From: Ignavibacteriota bacterium
Lineage (GTDB): Bacteria; Bacteroidota; Ignavibacteria; UBA10030; UBA6906
Reading direction: 5' to 3'
Length of the DNA stretch: 64,000 nt
Assembly: GCA_963752915.1 (NCBI GenBank)
Contig: CAVVZZ010000013.1
Coordinates: 24,954 to 88,953 of the forward strand
In this document: positions 62,003-64,000 of the stretch, piece after piece
Position numbering within the stretch: the stretch's first letter is position 1
Layout of the letters: every line of letters starts with the position of its first letter
The notes under the pieces: model-generated
Database searches by the model: none
What the model was told of the DNA's origin: nothing
Seen by the model: the letters and a program-made list of their open reading frames with translations, nothing else
Translations under genes and position numbers: made by a program

Positions 62003-63646
62003 CTACCTGAGACTCTTGGTGTTTGGCGCGGTTCCATGACAATCTTCGCACTTGATCCCCAGCGGCTTGTATCGGACCACGCTTTTCCCGCCGATGGTCT
62101 CCGACGTATGACATTGCGCGCAGGCCACGGCCTCATGCTTGCCGGTCAGCGGGAACCGTGTCTTCGAATGATCAAGCGTTGAATTCTTCCAGGAGACGGC
62201 GGTGTGGCACGGTTCACACCGTGTCTTTCCATCGACGGCGAACTGGCCGGCATGCGGTTCGTCCTTCTGATGGCAGTCGGCACAGACCATCGTCAATCCG
62301 GCGTAACGTACGACCGTCGCCTTCACGTGACATTGATCGCAGGAGGTGGACTTGTGTTTGCCATCGAGAGGAAATTTCGTCCTGCCGTGATCGAACAGGA
62401 GATCGCTCCAGGCGCTGGTCTTGTGGCACCCCTCGCACGCGGCCGGTCGATTGCTGAACTGTCCGCCATGAATGTCTTTGTGGCACGTGAGGCACGTGAT
62501 GGACCCTTCCCATTGAAACCGTCGCGTGCTTTTTGCTTTCACTGCATTGGCAACATGGCACGCGACACAGGGCGTCGCAACATGGGCGCCGGTCAACACG
62601 AACGGAGATTTCGCGTGGTCTTCGACCGTATACGTGACGAGCGTGAAACTCTGCTCGTTATGACACGATTCGCATCGGCCTTTGTCCTGCCGGTGGGCGA
62701 ATTGTCCGGCATGTGCGTCTGCATGACAGTCCGCGCATGCCTGGAACCGCGTAACGTGGAACCCCAGTTCGCCGCTCGCATTGCGTTCGCGCGGAGATTT
62801 CGCGTGGCAGGACGCGCACTGCAGCTTCGCGTGCGCTCCCAGCAACGGGAACCGGGTCCGGGCATGGTCGAACTCCTTTCCCGAGACCTGCTGCCATGCC
62901 AGGGTCGTGTGACAGGCCGTGCATGGCTGCGTGAATTTCCCGCGGTGCGGATCCTGGTGACAGTCGTTGCATGTCGAGAATGCAAGACCACGGTAGACAA
63001 CCGCATCCGTGTTCGGGATATTCCTGTTGTGACACGAGGCGCATTCCAATTTCGCATGTTTTCCCGTCAAGGGATAGCGGGACCGGTCATGAGAAAACTT
63101 CGACGCAGGCTTCCATCCGTTCTCGGTGTGGCACTGATCGCACGTGCTGGTGAATTGCCCCCGGTGCTGATCGGTATGGCAATCCTTGCACACTCTCTCC
63201 AGCCCCATGTAGGTCGTGTGACGTTTGTCGAGGAGCAAGCGGATATCGGCAGCCGTAATTCTGCTCCGGACATGACATGAATCGCATGAAACGCCCGCGT
63301 GCTTGCCGATAAGAGGGTACCCTGTGGTGTTGTGATCGAATTTCGACCGATCAAAATGGATGATGCTGAAATCCCTTCCGTGATGTTCACTGTGACAGGT
63401 GGCACACGGCTGGGCGGTCACTGTGGCATGATAGCCTTTTCGTGCCTGTACCCGTGTAGAGATCTCCGTATGGCACGAGAGGCAACGATCGTTCGAAATC
63501 GTTTTTCCGATTGTGTGGCACTTCGTGCAGTTTTGCACCCCTTCAAGGTTCGCATGTGCGCTCGTCAATTCTCCCGGAGAGATCTGACAAAAGGACACCA
63601 GCGGAATCATGCAAAGCGTCATGAAGGCTATCAGTGGTCGAATCAT
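62003..63646 (-). CDS. Multiheme c-type cytochrome with 20 CxxCH motifs, built from repeated cytochrome c7-like modules
   Basis: ORF 62003..63712 with the likely ATG at 63646 (MIRPLIAFMTLCMIPLVSFCQ). Twenty CxxCH motifs counted by hand. Recurrent module CxxCH...H.G.F...CxxCH...W...FDH..T.FPL.G.H....CxxCH. Confidence 0.9.
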   Translation of the reverse strand: MIRPLIAFMTLCMIPLVSFCQISPGELTSAHANLEGVQNCTKCHTIGKTISNDRCLSCHTEISTRVQARKGYHATVTAQPCATCHSEHHGRDFSIIHFDRSKFDHNTTGYPLIGKHAGVSCDSCHVRSRITAADIRLLLDKRHTTYMGLERVCKDCHTDQHRGQFTSTCDQCHTENGWKPASKFSHDRSRYPLTGKHAKLECASCHNRNIPNTDAVVYRGLAFSTCNDCHQDPHRGKFTQPCTACHTTLAWQQVSGKEFDHARTRFPLLGAHAKLQCASCHAKSPRERNASGELGFHVTRFQACADCHADAHAGQFAHRQDKGRCESCHNEQSFTLVTYTVEDHAKSPFVLTGAHVATPCVACHVANAVKAKSTRRFQWEGSITCLTCHKDIHGGQFSNRPAACEGCHKTSAWSDLLFDHGRTKFPLDGKHKSTSCDQCHVKATVVRYAGLTMVCADCHQKDEPHAGQFAVDGKTRCEPCHTAVSWKNSTLDHSKTRFPLTGKHEAVACAQCHTSETIGGKSVVRYKPLGIKCEDCHGTAPNTKSLR

Positions 63647-64000
63647 GGCTGAGGCGTTATAACTCCTTTCGGACGAACGTGTCGAACCGGATCCGCGCCG
63701 CTGTAGTTCCAATGGATCACGCGCTCAGAGCCCCCGATATTCGGCAATGAGGAAAGGTCCCCTGAATTCCCGGATTAGTGCAAGATCATTGAAATGATAG
63801 AGTATGACACGCAGTGTGTCTTGAAAATCGGTGTGAAAGTGTACTTGCGGTAGCGAAGAAGGCTCTTTTCAGTAACCCTTACAAGTATATCCCGTGGGGC
63901 GGGGTAACGTCTCTAATAGAGCGAATTTGGATTTGAGATGCAAATCTCGACGGGGTTCCCTACATTTGTCCATTCACTCATCGAAATTGCCCAATCACGC

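Noticed and set aside
62204-63280. 358-aa plus-strand ORF and other ORFs overlapping the cytochrome genes (61398..61946, 61416..61955, 62593..63057)
   Set aside because: They are antisense or out of frame relative to ORFs carrying 20 and 10 CxxCH motifs. Their compositions are Arg-rich.
63915-64000. Possible 3' end of a minus-strand gene entering from the right edge (...RDWAISMSEWTNVGNPVEICISNPNSLY-stop), and a 21-codon plus-strand ORF starting near 63938
   Set aside because: Both are too short to evaluate. The region appears lower in GC and may simply be the promoter region of the cytochrome operon.

Overview
GC-rich bacterial chromosomal segment with about 45 protein-coding genes and 2 tRNA-Arg genes. 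There are no rRNA genes, CRISPR arrays, transposases or integrases. Five large secreted proteins end in the type IX secretion C-terminal sorting domain (NYPNPFNP...VYD.LGREV...GVYFYRL...K), so the source is probably in the Fibrobacteres-Chlorobi-Bacteroidetes (FCB) group; this is inference only. Gene order, left to right: a NUDIX fragment and an S15 peptidase. A NarL-type two-component pair. A T9SS cargo island at 6.6-21.5 kb (PKD, beta-helix and BNR/Asp-box proteins) interrupted by tRNA-Arg(TCG). A module of unknown function at 22.0-29.6 kb: a sigma-like protein and a ZAS-like anti-sigma, then a 5-TM protein, a bitopic protein, a periplasmic protein and two outer-membrane barrels. tRNA-Arg(ACG) with repeat scars. 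A minus-strand osmoadaptation operon: DUF, TreT-like GT4, MscS, sensor-fused OtsA, OtsB, split ClC. A plus-strand run of peptidase and glycosidase genes: DPP-IV, alpha-galactosidase-like, M24, M1, HprA, PD40. Then AKR, DUF350, SLT, serA, an MpaB-like protein, a 1742-aa kinase-AAA-GAF-PP2C regulator, and a 20-heme + 10-heme cytochrome operon with a downstream barrel. Three signals seem most worth a second look. (1) The orphan module at 23.9-29.6 kb, whose first two proteins resemble the GldL/GldM (PorL/PorM) motor pair from memory but sit in a non-canonical context. (2) Pervasive 7-bp and 8-bp short tandem repeat arrays just downstream of stop codons, next to a tRNA and in the serA upstream region, resembling cyanobacterial short tandemly repeated repetitive (STRR) sequences. 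(3) The same GGGRACA heptamer tract embedded in frame inside T9SS sorting-domain coding sequence at different copy numbers. All functional calls come from motif reading of the translations; no database search was possible.
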